Assembly (NCBI GenBank): GCA_030141605.1
Contig: JAQGDQ010001655.1
Coordinates: forward strand, 1 to 30,805
Direction of reading: 5' to 3'
From: Tubiluchus corallicola
Lineage: Eukaryota; Animalia; Priapulida
DNA: 30,805 bases
Shown here: positions 1-11,524 of the stretch, piece by piece
Layout: every line of letters begins with the position of its first letter
Numbering within the stretch: the stretch's first letter is position 1
Translations under genes and position numbers: made by a program
The notes under the pieces: generated by a model
Database searches by the model: none
Told to the model about the DNA's origin: nothing
The model's input: the letters and a program-made list of their open reading frames with translations, nothing else

Positions 1-46
<46 letters not shown>

Positions 47-417
47 GTCTCTCTCTCTCTCTCTCTTGCCGCACGCGCTCCGTTTGCCTTGTGCGGCTCG
101 GTGCCAATGTTCGGCTGTTTTCAATTTCAGAATTTCTAACACCAGCTTGTACGGAAGTGAGAGTACGGTATTACATATTGCAAAGATGTTGTTTTTGATT
201 TGACTATTTGACAAGTATAAAGGACTGGTCTTGAGAATAAAGCAGTTTTTCTTTCAATTGTTCTTTCCTTTAAGAACTGTATAACTCCATATTTTCTCTT
301 CGAAAATGTTTCTCCGGCATTCTAGCAGTTTAAAAATTTTCTGGATGCCCCCCCCCCCCCGAGGGGGCCTCACACGCCCCACTTCCCAGGGCCTCGCTTA
401 GGCTGAAATAGACCCTG
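1..417 (-). mobile_element. hAT-type non-autonomous element family B, partial (contains (CT)n 1-66)
   Basis: Ends in CTGAAATAGACCCTG; reverse-complement homologous to 8423-8705 and 10645-10845. Confidence 0.85.
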
Positions 418-540
418 AGCACCCCCAGTAATTTCAACTACTGTTCCTGGTGTTCTTGTTTTGATGACATATAAATCAAAATTTTCCGTAACTGTGCCTG
501 AAAAGGGGGTTGATTAGCAATTATAATTGCCACTTTTTAG

Positions 541-756
541 GTGATTGACTTGGGAAGTGGAAAAGGTTACCTTGGATCGTATCTGTCTCTCCAACACGGG
601 TTGAACGTCATTGGTCTGGACTCAAACAGCAGTAACACTTGGAGTGCGGTTCATCGAGGGAAGAAAGTACGCAAGCACTGGCGTAGTCTCGTACGGCAAG
701 GAGAAGAAACTGCAAGAGATGCGAAAGAGGAGACTGTCCGTAATCAATGCCTCGGT
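541..756 (+). CDS. METTL25: METTL25 internal exon (SAM-binding motif I); gene begins upstream of the window
   Basis: ttttag acceptor ends at 540. VIDLGSGKGYLGSYLSLQHGLNVIGLDS...RKHW resembles METTL25. A phase-0 donor GTAAAT at 757 fits the next exon, but this end is tentative. Confidence 0.85.
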
Positions 757-883
757 GTAAATGGTTTCTTTTATGATTCACTTCATTTTTTATTGTGAAG
801 TAGTAGCGTGCAGAAAGGGCAGACGGGGCAATGGCCCGGAGAATCCATATCGAGAAGGCATCCAATTGGGGAGTGAAAAAAAT

Positions 884-1550
884 TGTGTGCTTGCATAGCA
901 ACACTGTCCATAAGTTGGCAATTAAGCTCTTCTAGTTATTCATATATACTGAATCTCCATTTCATGAGGATCATTTTGATACCAAGTTCATCACTCTATG
1001 TTATTTCTAAGATGAGATAATCCACATTGAAGTTGAGGTGCAGGCTGTACATTGAAAAACATAATCTTGAGAAAGTCACTGTTAAAGTCAGCCATTGTTT
1101 TTTGTCGCGTTTACAAAACACTTAGCAACCGTACAAATGTTGGTTGCTACGGACTTTACAAGAACACGTTGAAGTTTTGCTTAAATCCAGTAGATGGCTC
1201 TTCCTGGCAAAGATCTGGGTTTGGCAATAGGAAAAACCAGAAGCAAAATGGCTGCTTCCAGGAACTACTATCAGAGTTTGAAAATACAAGTTTTTTTACA
1301 ATTGCAGTTTCTAGTTTCTAGGTAGAGAAATGGGTAAGAAGTTATGAAATTAGATTTTTACGATTTTTTGGACATTTTCTTGATAACTTGATGTTAGTAT
1401 ATATAAGGCCAATATATCTAGCATTTGTTTTCATAAAAAGCAAGAAAATGAACATTTGACCAACTTTTTGCTGCTTTCTACTTTGAAGCATTTCTACTTT
1501 CTAGTTTTAACTATGCCGACTTATGGACGGTTTTAGTTTGCAAGCGCGCA
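884..1550 (+). mobile_element. MITE family A copy 1 (~650 bp)
   Basis: Imperfect TIRs TGTGTGCTTGCA..GTCCATAAGT / ACTTATGGAC..TGCAAGCGCGCA; four more copies in window. Confidence 0.9.
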
Positions 1551-1659
1551 TATTTAGTTTTCTGCTGCTAGTGCAAAAGTTTAGGCTTTAGTTTAAGAAA
1601 TGTGTGGCACAAATCTCGTTAACCAGAAACTCTGTCACTTTCCTTCAATGTTTTTCTAG

Positions 1660-2244
1660 TTGGTACTCAAGAGAAGAAGCACAAAGAGAAAAATGAAAAT
1701 AAAGAACGCCAGCGAGACACTCGATGATTGTGCAGCTGCTTTGCCCGACGGTCATCACGTCAATTCGTCAAACGACCAGATTAAAGAGTTTCCGCATACT
1801 TTGCTCGGCGACGACAGTCCCGTGCAAGAAGATGACGTCGGAATCGATGTTTTAGGTATGGACGTAGTCGATGACATTGTAGCAGAAATGTCAATAGACA
1901 GTTGTCTTTGTAAGAGCAAAAAAACCAGAGATCGTCCGAAGAAATCAACTTCTGAAGGTGACGTTCCACTAATCCGTGAAACAAGTTGTAACGTCGACGA
2001 CGGCGAGTCTGAGAAATATGGCCGTAAACCGTATTTAGACGAACGGGTTGACCGGGACCAGAATCCTGTTTATAAACCCGTAACGTACCGTGTTGGAACC
2101 GAGACATCACTAGCGGGATTACTGTCTTCGCGTGATGAAAAGTTTGCATCGTCAGAGCGGACATATCTTGTGTGTGGATTGCATACATGCGGAAACTTGG
2201 CAGCCAGCAGCTTGCAAAAATTTGTACAAGATGTCTCAGCTAAA
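1660..2244 (+). CDS. METTL25: METTL25 exon: acidic/low-complexity insert followed by GLHTCGNL motif
   Basis: tttttctag acceptor at 1659; AAA|GTATGT donor at 2245; 195 codons; VCGLHTCGNLA is the family motif. Confidence 0.85.
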
Positions 2245-2289
2245 GTATGTCTTCAGTATTTATATGTAAAATTTTATAGTAGTATACAG

Positions 2290-2695
2290 CAGCGGTGTGC
2301 AGATTATCTGACTAGCCGGGTGACATTAAACATTCCCGCAATTCTTGTGGGCCACTTGCAATTTTGTCAAGGAGCCAAGTACAGTAGGACCTAATAACGA
2401 TTTTTTTTGCATCCGATTTGCGCACATCATCACTACTGCATTACTACACTCAAGAAACTATTTTAGAAGTCATTAAAATTTATATTAAAACCATATATTT
2501 CGTCAGTGACATTAAGTGACAACGGTCTTGTAAGGGTTAATGCCATCTGATCTAGAGGAAAAAACTACCCGCACTATCTTTGCGATATTGGCGTGGACTT
2601 CAGCTGGATCGCGTGGGCCGCACTTTGATTACGTTGACAAACCTTCTCGCGGGCCGCACAAGATCTCTCGGCGGGCTGTACTTTGCACACCCCTG
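2290..2695. mobile_element. hAT (Charlie-like) MITE
   Basis: TIRs CAGCGGTGTGCA / TGCACACCCCTG; perfect 8-bp TSD GTATACAG (2282-2289, 2696-2703); GGGCCGCA subterminal motifs. Confidence 0.9.
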
Positions 2696-3289
2696 GTATA
2701 CAGCGAGTCTTCGCTTAACGACTCCCCACTTTTGTTACTTTGCTCAAAGCCAATTTTTATTTTATCAACAATTGTTTTACCAAATTTGATGCAGATTTTG
2801 CATAATTCTGTTCTAAAAATGCGCTACTAATTTAAACACTGCAATTGTTATATAAGTACGTACGTTTTTGCTTCCCAGCTGACCACTAATGCTGGCCGTG
2901 CGTGTCAAGGGAGATCTGGAAGCAAACTTTATATGAGGAGATGTTTTGCCTGCAACCTGTTGTTGCCTAGACTTAAACATCAGCTAAAGAGAAACCATTA
3001 GCTAAGCAAGTAAGATATGTAGGTAGTTTCGAGCAAGGAGAAAGAAATTAATCAGTAGAAACATGATTGAGACTCATAAAATATTTAATTTATATGATTG
3101 AAGCAGCATTGATTTTTGCCTCTAGAACATATCTTAAATCTTCTAAATTACTTTCCGTGGAAGTCTTGGTTTCATTTAACGACGTTTTGCTTGCATCTTC
3201 TTCAAAGTCTCATTCCATCTATTGCAAGCATTGAGGTATCAACATTTATTCCACCCACCCACTTATAACTGCAGCTAACAGTAAGTTCT

Positions 3290-3900
3290 TCTACTTCTAA
3301 CGATAGATTTGGTTGAAGTTGTTGAACATCTTTGTTTATCTTAGCTATCCAAGTTGTTTTTGGTTTCCCAGGTGGTTTTTTGCAAGGTTTTAAGGCTTCC
3401 TTTAAGGTGATTCTTACCGCTACTTCGGTTGGTAATCTTAGAAGATGTCCTAGTCATCTTAATCTTCGGATCTTGACTTTTGAGTTCAATAAATTTCTTT
3501 CATTCTAGTGTATATATCTTCATTTTTGATTATGTATGGCCATCTTATCTTTAAAACTTTTCTTAGAAGACTTCTATGAAATGTGTCAATCTGTTTTTCT
3601 TGAGTAATCGTTAAACCCCAAGTTGTCACTGTTGTGCATAAATATGTTAGTAACGTAAGCATTAAATAATCGAAGTGTTACTTTAAGACTTAATTTCTTG
3701 CTAGTTAATACATTCTTGTGCTGAGGAAAAGAATGCATTGCTTGTTGCTTTCTACTTTTAATGTCGTCTTTGGGGTTTAGAAAAGTGCCTGTGTACTTGC
3801 ACTTTTTGCCAAGACTGATTACCATCTCTAGCAATAACGTATTCTTCAGTTTTTGAGACTGGTTTACTTGAAGATTTCTTTTCTCTGGTTTCTTTTTTGG
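3290..3900 (-). mobile_element. Decayed RTE-like non-LTR retrotransposon, C-terminal RT region
   Basis: Frameshifted translation: CKYTGTFL..DDIKSRK..LSLKVTLRLFNAYV, IDTFHRSLLRKVLKIRW, IRRLR*LGHLLRL, KPPGKPKTTW. Confidence 0.8.
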
Positions 3901-4744
3901 AAAATCCTTCTTTTATCGTTAGTTTGAATTTTTGCTTAATGTCGCATTTTGCCGGAACACATTAGCGTCGTTAAGTGAAGACTTACTGCACTTGCAAACC
4001 TGGAAATGTTTGAGAAACGGGATGATGCATGTTGCAAGTCTGGATCTAGTGTTATTTGAGTTTAAAACATTTTGTCAATTTACTTTTTCTCATACTTCTC
4101 AAACGTGCAGCATTTTAGCAACAGTTTATTTACAATTTTCGATTTCCAAACAATAATTCGTTAGAAAACCAACCATTTGCGAAACCATTTTCCAACGCGA
4201 TCGTCAAACGGCCTTTTCACTTTATTGCTATTCGGTATTTAATTAAAAAATAGAATTTTGCTCATTTTGTTTGGTGTTTTACACTGAACTTTTTAAAAGT
4301 CGTATCGAGAACAAAATTCAGCAAAATCAAAATCACTACAGTACATATCTGTCACATCGTGTGTTAATCACGAGTTTTAATCTGTTCTAAACCTTCTGCT
4401 AACTTAAGTAGCGAGAACAACAAGGAAAGATTTGTAAGAAGATATTATAAACGAGATTAGAAACGAGTCAAACTTTTTATTGATCAAATCTTTTTCAGAG
4501 GGGAGTGGAAGGAGAGATGAAATGCAATGGCTGCATATATAGCTTCTTAACATTCTCAAGTTGAAAATTTAATGTAACTTCTGTTAATTATGCAGCAATG
4601 CAAAATATGAAAATATTGTACTCGTATTTCAGCACAAAGGAAATATATTTAAAAATCTTTTAGCAGGGGCCCTAGTCTGTAGCCTGTAGGATAAACCGGC
4701 CCTGCTTACTGTTCTTGTTTAGTAACCACAATGTTTCTTCCTAG

Positions 4745-4823
4745 GCGTTATGCAATGTCGGCTGTTGCTATCATTTGCTAACAGAGCAGTTTCCTTTGGA
4801 TCAAAACGTCAGTCCGCAGCAAG
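4745..4823 (+). CDS. METTL25: METTL25 exon (ALCNVGCCYHLLTEQF...)
   Basis: ttcttcctag acceptor; G|GTAAGA phase-1 donor; GCCYHL motif; not in ORF track. Confidence 0.9.
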
Positions 4824-4911
4824 GTAAGAGCCGAAAAATATGTGACTTCATACCACTCTTCAGATGAACAGCATTTTTACACGTACGTAAGTAAGTCGTG
4901 AGTTCTTAAAT

Positions 4912-5445
4912 TACAGTCGGTACCAGTGGCGGCTCGTGCATACGTGCTGTGGAACTGCAGCACCCCCTATTTTCATTCGATATTATCGATAACATCCAAT
5001 AAAATAATGCTTTTCTTTAGGTCTTTCCTTATACTTGTACGGAACCAGAGCACGTGAGGTTAGTACTGTTTGCTTCACAGTGCAGCACAGTGGTGTGTTT
5101 GGCTGCTGTGCACATGCGGTCTGAGCCCAGGTAGAGAAAGTACTGTCACTCACACAGTTTGTTGTCTGTTGCCACCTGCTTACCGTGAATGGATCAAACT
5201 TGAACTGCGACAATTTAGGCTACATATGTTAGCTTCATGTTACACTGTATTAAAACAAAGGCTAAAAATTTTCTGAAGCAGCACCCCCACTAATTTTAGC
5301 TTGGAGCTGCCACCGGTTGACACCATTTATTAGACTCCCAGTTAAACGCCTAATTGACTCAAAAATGTCTGACATGGGCCAATCCCATTTAAATGTATAT
5401 AAAAACTGCCAATAATTGACTGAAATAACTCTGCGCTATTGACTT
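4912..5445 (+). mobile_element. Family D element end (TACAG...ATTAGACTC...AATTGACTC), interrupted by a family C MITE
   Basis: Homologous to 10383-10527 and 27478-28233; TA|CAGT start resembles pogo/Tigger ends. Confidence 0.6.
4924..5315 (+). mobile_element. hAT-type MITE family C copy 1
   Basis: TIRs CAGTGGCGGCTC / GAGCTGCCACCG; GCAGCACCCCC subterminal motifs; inverted homolog at 16164-16673; degenerate TSD gtcggtac/gttgacac. Confidence 0.82.
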
Positions 5446-5542
5446 AACATTTTTGCCATGCATACTTAAAATATAAGGCACTTGTGTGTGACCAAAGGGC
5501 TTTTGCTAGTTTTATGTCCTCTTTACTTTGTTTTTGGGCATG

Positions 5543-6197
5543 TGTGTGCTTGCAAACCAAAACCGTCCATAAGTTGGTCAGTTAAAACTACATTGTGATG
5601 AGCTTCAAAGTAGAATGCACTAAAAATTTGGTCAATTGTCAGTTTTTTGTTTTACGTAAAAACAAATGCTGAATATATTGGACTTTTATATTTTAGCATC
5701 AAATTATCTAGAAAATGTTCAAAAATTGCAAAAAATTTAATTTTATAACTCCATGCCCACTGCTAGAAACTAGTACTGCAATTGCAAAAAGACTCGTATT
5801 TTCAAACTCCGATTGTAGCACGTGGAAGCAGTCGTTTTGCTTCGGGTTTTTTCTCTTTCCAAACCCAGATCTTTGCCAGGAAGAGCCATCTACTGGATTT
5901 AAACATAACTTCAACGTGTTCTTGCAAAGTCCGTAGCAACCAACATTTGTGCGGTTGCTAAGTGTTTTGTAGAAACGCGACAAAAAACAATGGCTGACTT
6001 TAACAGTGATTTTCTCAAGATTATGTTTTTCAGTGTGCAGCCTGCACCTCAACTTCAATGTAGATTATCTCAGCTTAGAAATAACGTAGAGAGATTAACT
6101 TGGTATCAAAATGATCGTCTTGAAATGGAGATTCAGGATATGTGAATAACTAGAAAAGCTTAATTGCCAACTTGTGGACAATTTATGTAAGCACACG
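5543..6197 (-). mobile_element. MITE family A copy 2 (inverted)
   Basis: Reverse complement of 884-1550 along its length; both TIRs present. Confidence 0.9.
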
Positions 6198-6371
6198 TAT
6201 AGCAGGAAGCTATGTGCAATCATGTGAAGTATCATGTGTAAGCAATTTGTCATTAAAAATTGTTGCCATATTATTACTTCTTGGATTATGATTAAAGTTG
6301 CTGAAAATTTTGTCTACATTTAAAACATTTTGCTTTTAATCAAACTCGGTTCTTTTGTGTTTTTGTTGCAG

Positions 6372-6502
6372 ACATGCAAAGTCTCACAAACGAACCCAAC
6401 TTTCCAATGAGCCAGTTTCTGATCGACCGGAAAGTGCAGTTGGGACGAACGGCGCGCCTCCTTGCCGCTCAACCAATCGAGCGTCTCGTTTCACAGTGTG
6501 AG
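6372..6502 (+). CDS. METTL25: METTL25 exon (FPMSQFL...LGRTARLLA)
   Basis: ttgttgcag acceptor in phase 1, matching the previous exon; GAG|GTACGC donor. Confidence 0.88.
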
Positions 6503-6509
6503 GTACGCA

Positions 6510-6600
6510 TAGGGCTGCCGGACGTCAGTTTCATGCGGGACATGTCCGGTATTTCATAATTTTGTCCCCTGTCCCAAACCGACCTTTCGGGGACACCCAA
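6510..6600 (+). mobile_element. Possible single end of a hAT Blackjack/Tip100-like element
   Basis: TAGGGCTGCCGGACGTC start with GGGACA/TGTCCC motifs; no partner end found. Confidence 0.4.
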
Positions 6601-6827
6601 ACGTCACTTATTTAGTTCATCTTCGAATTTTGTAATAAAAATATATTTTTAATACATTCTTACGGTTCTTAGTTGTAAGTTCATAAGTAATTATAGTTGA
6701 TTTTCTCAGATTCTCTTGATGAAAAGAAACCAAATATAACGTGAAACGTAGTGTTGCTAGAGGCTTACACAAAACTGACACATCTGTTACCTGTTTGCAA
6801 TTTGCTTTGTGTTTTTAACTCATGTGA

Positions 6828-7340
6828 CCAGGGTGCATAAGATTATGGATATGTATAAAATAAATAAAATTGCTTATTTTATGGATTTTTGAAATTTTAT
6901 TTCATGGATATCAATAAAATAAGAAATAGACTATATCTGGAACGAGATGCCCAGGGGGAAATCAATTAAAAAGTAAAAACAGGAGGCTTTAACGTGTTTT
7001 TAAACACGCAGGACTTAGTTTTAATTTTATCGGTTTCGTTTTAATTTTATCGGTTTCATATCACTTCAAATTTAATCAAATTTTACGAGACGATGCCTTG
7101 TAATTCATCACTTCAGTTCAAATAATTCATCTACTTTGTACGAATGTAGAATGCCCTCTAGGCTGAAGTATCCGATCCAATGCCTGTATTCAGTTTTGAT
7201 TGCCTTATTTTGTACAAAAAATCTCAAAAAAATAAAATATTTTTTTATTTTATGCATTTCTTATTTTATTAATTTTTCAAATTTTATTTTATAGATTTTT
7301 GGTCTTATTTTATGGATATCCATAATCTTATGCAGCCTGG
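6828..7340. mobile_element. MITE with ~25-bp TIRs
   Basis: CCAGGGTGCATAAGATTATGGATAT / ATATCCATAATCTTATGCAGCCTGG; possible TSD tcatgtga/tcatgtct. Confidence 0.85.
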
Positions 7341-7844
7341 TCATGTCTCTACTCTTATATAATATATTGGTCTGGGTGTGTACTAGGCATGTATAAATTT
7401 ATACGTATAGTAATACAGAGAGAGATTTTAAGAGTGTCCCGTGTTTATAATTTTCTAATCTGGCCACTGTTATGGAGATCGCTGACGTCAAGTAGAATTG
7501 CATGGAACATCGTAGAATGTTCCTGTCGGAATGACCGCCTTAGCGACTGGATTGTTCTCGAACATTTGTTCCAGAAGTTTCTGCAGTGCGCTATATCAGG
7601 CGAAGCAGGCTGCCGACACGGGATCGCACATCGCACACATTCTTGTATACTTACTTAAACGTTTTCCAGATTTTCACATTTAGTATAATCATTTCTTGTT
7701 CCTTCATACTTGTGTTATAGAATTCTCGCTCAATAAAGTAATAATATTTAACGGCGTGGTTTCCTGGTTTTCTCTACGAGCCTTCCGAGAGAAACAAAAC
7801 ACAACAGCAACCCCGGGCAAGCATAAGAAAGTTTATGGCTTTGA

Positions 7845-8120
7845 ACCAGAACGGTTTAGTCTAGTGGTAATGCGTTTGCTTTCCGTCTGGGAGGTCGTGA
7901 GTTCGAACCAGCGGCCGGGTCATACCAAAAACTTTAAAAATGGTACCTGCTCTTGCCCTGCCAGGCGCGTGGTATTTAGGGTAAAAGTGGGGTAATAATA
8001 GTCTCTGTTATGCAGTTGTAGGTTGTTATTTACAGTCGGCGATAATAGCTTGTGCTAATGTTAATTGTTGACCCAAAAGCTTACTTTAAATAAAGATTAT
8101 TATTATTATTATTATTATTA
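7845..8120 (+). mobile_element. tRNA-derived SINE copy 1
   Basis: A box TAGTCTAGTGG (7857-7867), B box GTTCGAACC (7901-7909), core GGTCATACCAAAAACTTTAAAAATGGTAC (Meta/MESC-like from memory), AATAAA plus (ATT)n tail. Confidence 0.88.
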
Positions 8121-8422
8121 ACTTAACAATTATCTGAAATTGAACAGTTAACTAAATTTCTGGATTTTCTTCTTCTACTGCTACTAATACCACTAGAAGT
8201 TTTATTAGAGGATGTCTCAAATCAGATACTGTGCAGTTTAGCGAAAAAGAGGTTCTTGTTTGCGAATTATTGCTCAGTTGATAACCACATATTTTAGATC
8301 CTAGTTGGCTTCTTGTTGCCACTGTCTTGACCCCTGTCCACTGTAAATCTTGACCCCTGTCCACTGTAAAGCTTTCAGTAAACTTTTTTCCTGTGTAAAG
8401 CTGGCTTTTCAACGATGGTGAC

Positions 8423-9052
8423 CAGGGCCTATTTCAGCCTAAGCGAGACCCGGGGAAGTGGGGCGTGTGAGGCCCCCTCGGGGGGGTTAGGCGCCACCAT
8501 GGTTGGCGTTCAGAAAATTTTTGAACTGCTAGAACGCCGGAGAAGCATTTTCGAAGAAAAAATGTGGAGTTACACAGTTGTTAAAGGAAAGAACAATTGA
8601 AAGAAAAACTGCTCTATTCTCAAGACCAGTCCTTAATACTTGTTAAATAGTCAAATCAAAAATAATATCTTTGCAATATGTAATGCCGTACTCTCACTTC
8701 TGTACAAGCCGTCTTCTGACTTTTCGTTTCGCAAAGTTATCAATTAACTCGTTAAAATCAAGGCCTTTTTGCTACATCCACATTCATTCGAATATTTGAC
8801 AGACCGTTTAACCGACCCTGGGTCATCGTCGAACGATTGTTGGTTTTGACATTTTTTAACGCACTGAAAAAGCGTTCACCGGACGAAACGGAAACAAGGC
8901 ATTGATAGGAAATGCGAAGCGCGACCACAATATTTGGACATAAAGTTATATATGTTCACATAAAGCAAAAAAATGTTACCTTGGCGCGAGGCCCCCTTTG
9001 AGGGTGAGGCCCCGGGGAAGTATCCCCACTTTCCCCCCTGAAATAGGCCCTG
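8423..9052 (+). mobile_element. hAT family B deletion derivative retaining a transposase C-terminal remnant (8706-8940, minus strand)
   Basis: TIR CAGGGCCTATTTCAG / CTGAAATAGGCCCTG; perfect 8-bp TSD ATGGTGAC; PNIVVALRI..VSVSSGERFFSALKNVKT..RSTMTQGRLNGL resembles the hAT dimerisation domain. Confidence 0.92.
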
Positions 9053-9565
9053 ATGGTGACAATCAAGACAAAGGCCCAAAACCATCTTGACATCAGCGGG
9101 GACATGAGAGTCAGTCTGTCGAAAACTGAATCGCGATTTAAAAAGTTACTTTCTGTTATACCACGGCAGCCATCTTTTTGAACTCTCATTTAGTTTGCTT
9201 GACTCAAGTAATAAGTATAATATAATAAATATATTCATGACATTACATCAGTGTTGGTTCCTCATTTCAGTACCAGGAGATAGTAGAGAAAATTAGGGGT
9301 ACGCGGAGTCCGAAAGTTGGGAACCAAAGCTCTCTAATACAATAGTGATTATTGTAATTTATGCTATTAAATAAATTTTTATCATAATTATTATTAATAT
9401 TATTTGTTGTCGTTGCTGATTTCGTAGTGGTCATGGTTACTGTTGATGTTTTTGTTGTTGTTATTGCTGCTGTTGCTGCTGTCATTGTTATAGAAGTTAG
9501 AACTGTGACAAGAGCAGAGCGATTTCTTATTTTTGGCAGTTGGAACAATGTTAGTAACACACATA

Positions 9566-9837
9566 AATAATAATAATAATAATAATAATCTTTATTTAAA
9601 GTCGGCTTTCGGGTCAACAATTAACATTAGCTCAAAGAGGTATTATCCCGACTGTAAATAACAACCTACAACTACATGAGACTATTATTACCCCACTTTT
9701 ACCCTAAATACCACGCGTCAGGCAGGGCAACAGCAGGTACCATTTATAAAGTCTTTGGTATGACCCGCCCGCTGGTTCGAACTTATGACCTCCCAGACGG
9801 AAAGCGGACGCATTCCCACTAGACTAAACCATCTGGT
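9566..9837 (-). mobile_element. tRNA-derived SINE copy 2 (inverted)
   Basis: Reverse complement of 7845-8120, including (AAT)n tail and both Pol III boxes. Confidence 0.88.
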
Positions 9838-10068
9838 CGAAATTTTATATGATATGAATGTGTGTCGTGATAATTATGGTGTAGGTGGCAGCACTACTCG
9901 GCCTTTAATATGCTGATTTAGTTGAAAATATACTGCTTTTTAGCCTTCAAAACAAAACCCTGGCAGAGAGTTAGCCCAAAAAAGCATCATTTCATTTGAC
10001 ATTTTAGGCCAAAGTTTGCATGGGTTCAATTTTGATGATCTTTTGCACTAACTGCTCCATTGTTTCAG

Positions 10069-10236
10069 CTTCCTAGTTTATCATTGTTTTACCGGGCCGT
10101 GTTACAAGCAATAATCAGAGACAGATATGGCTTTGAGGAAGTAGACCGGTACATCGGCCGATTGTTCACTCAAATCTCAGACTTTCCAGAGTACGTCACA
10201 AAAGGCCTAGCAAAGTTAAACTTGAACCCAGTAGAG
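10069..10236 (+). CDS. METTL25: METTL25 exon (LPSLSLFYRAVLQAII...)
   Basis: tgtttcag acceptor; GAG|GTATAC donor; 56 codons; LFYRAVLQ motif. Confidence 0.9.
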
Positions 10237-10382
10237 GTATATACGATAAGGCTGTCATTTGTTGCAGTTTTAGCAATATGGTTGATCTTTTGTCATCACA
10301 CTTTTGAACAAGACTAACAGACTACGCTTACATCTTAGTTTGCCAGACAAAAGCATGAGACGTCTTACTGATACTAAGCTAG

Positions 10383-10527
10383 TACAGTAGACACCGTGTA
10401 TTAGACTCACGGTGATGTAGAATTAATTGCCTAATTGTCTCAAAAACGTCTAAGTACTGGCCGCTTGTATGCAAAAGTATATAAAAACTGTCGGTAATTG
10501 CTTCAAATAACACCGCATAATTGACTC
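10383..10527 (+). mobile_element. Family D element end
   Basis: TACAGTAGACACCGTGTATTAGACTCACGG...CCGCATAATTGACTC, homologous to 5316-5445 and 28130-28233. Confidence 0.6.
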
Positions 10528-10644
10528 TATATTTTTACACATAGAGATATACTCGTGGTTAAACTGATGTAATGACATAAAAAAGTGAGGGTCTGCCAAC
10601 TAGCGGTCGGCTTACGAAACAATGGACTTTGTCCGTAGTATACG

Positions 10645-11020
10645 CAGGGCCTATTTCAGCCTAGGCGAGGCCCGGGGAAATGGGGCATGTGAGGCCCCAT
10701 CGTTGGCGCCCAGAAATTTTTTAACTGCTAGAACGCCGGAGAAGCATTTTCGAAGAGAAAATATGGAGTTATACAGTTGTTAAGGGAAAGAACAATTGAA
10801 AGAAAAACTGTTTTATTCTCAAGACCAGTCCTTAATACTTGTCAATACTGGTGAACAGGTGAACAGCGCGCGAGAGGAGAGGAGAGAGAGAGAGAGAGAG
10901 AGAGGAGGCAGATTGTTTGCATAAACCCAAAAAAATGTTACCTTGGCGCGAGGCCCCCTAGAGGGTGAGGCCCCGGGGAAGTATCCCCACTTCCCCCCCC
11001 CCCCCTTGAAATAGGCCCTG
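10645..11020 (+). mobile_element. hAT family B MITE with (GA)n interior
   Basis: Same TIRs as 8423-9052; TSD AGTATACG/AGTATGCG. Confidence 0.9.
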
Positions 11021-11377
11021 AGTATGCGGGACTTTTAACGGACCAGATTTTGCCCGAATTTTCTGATGTCCATAAAAGCGAGTCCGGCAAACCAAGATAT
11101 GAGTTTACTATATGTTGTAGAATGTAGATAATGTCATTGCTGTCAAAGCATCACCCTCCTTTATTCTCCTTTAGTGAGTTTATTCATTCAAAATAATTTT
11201 GATAGATGTCAGCACAAGTTATATTACGTTTTCGCTTGTGTTTCTCTTCCTTGTCAAAATGCAACATCACGTAGCCTGTATGGTATAACTATACCGTATC
11301 AAAGTATCACAGCATGTTATCTACATCAGTTAAAACCATTGTCTGTTATTACACCGTATACGTTCTCACTGTTTTAG

Positions 11378-11524
11378 ATTTCACGGGACGATATACTTGA
11401 ATATCTGCAACTTTATAGCGGATGGAAGCGGAAGCTGGAGGCGTTCTTCCAGTTTAGAGTTTGTCTTGCTCCAGCTGTGGAAGCTCTTCTGCTGCTAGAC
11501 AGAGTTTGTTTCCTTCTTGAACAG
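11378..11524 (+). CDS. METTL25: METTL25 penultimate exon (…LAPAVEALLLLDRVCFLLEQ)
   Basis: gttttag acceptor; CAG|GTGAGA donor; 49 codons; LAPxxExLxLLDR motif. Confidence 0.92.

Noticed and set aside
4660-4705. CAGGGGCCC...CCGGCCCTG hAT-like end
   Set aside because: No matching partner TIR or TSD found.
7380-7806. Possible solo LTR (TATA-like, AATAAA at ~7732, ends ...ACAACA)
   Set aside because: No TSD, clear TG start or second copy could be established.
7845-7920. Functional tRNA gene
   Set aside because: A/B boxes are followed by a SINE core and (ATT)n tail, the whole unit is duplicated at 9566-9837, and there is no clean acceptor stem.
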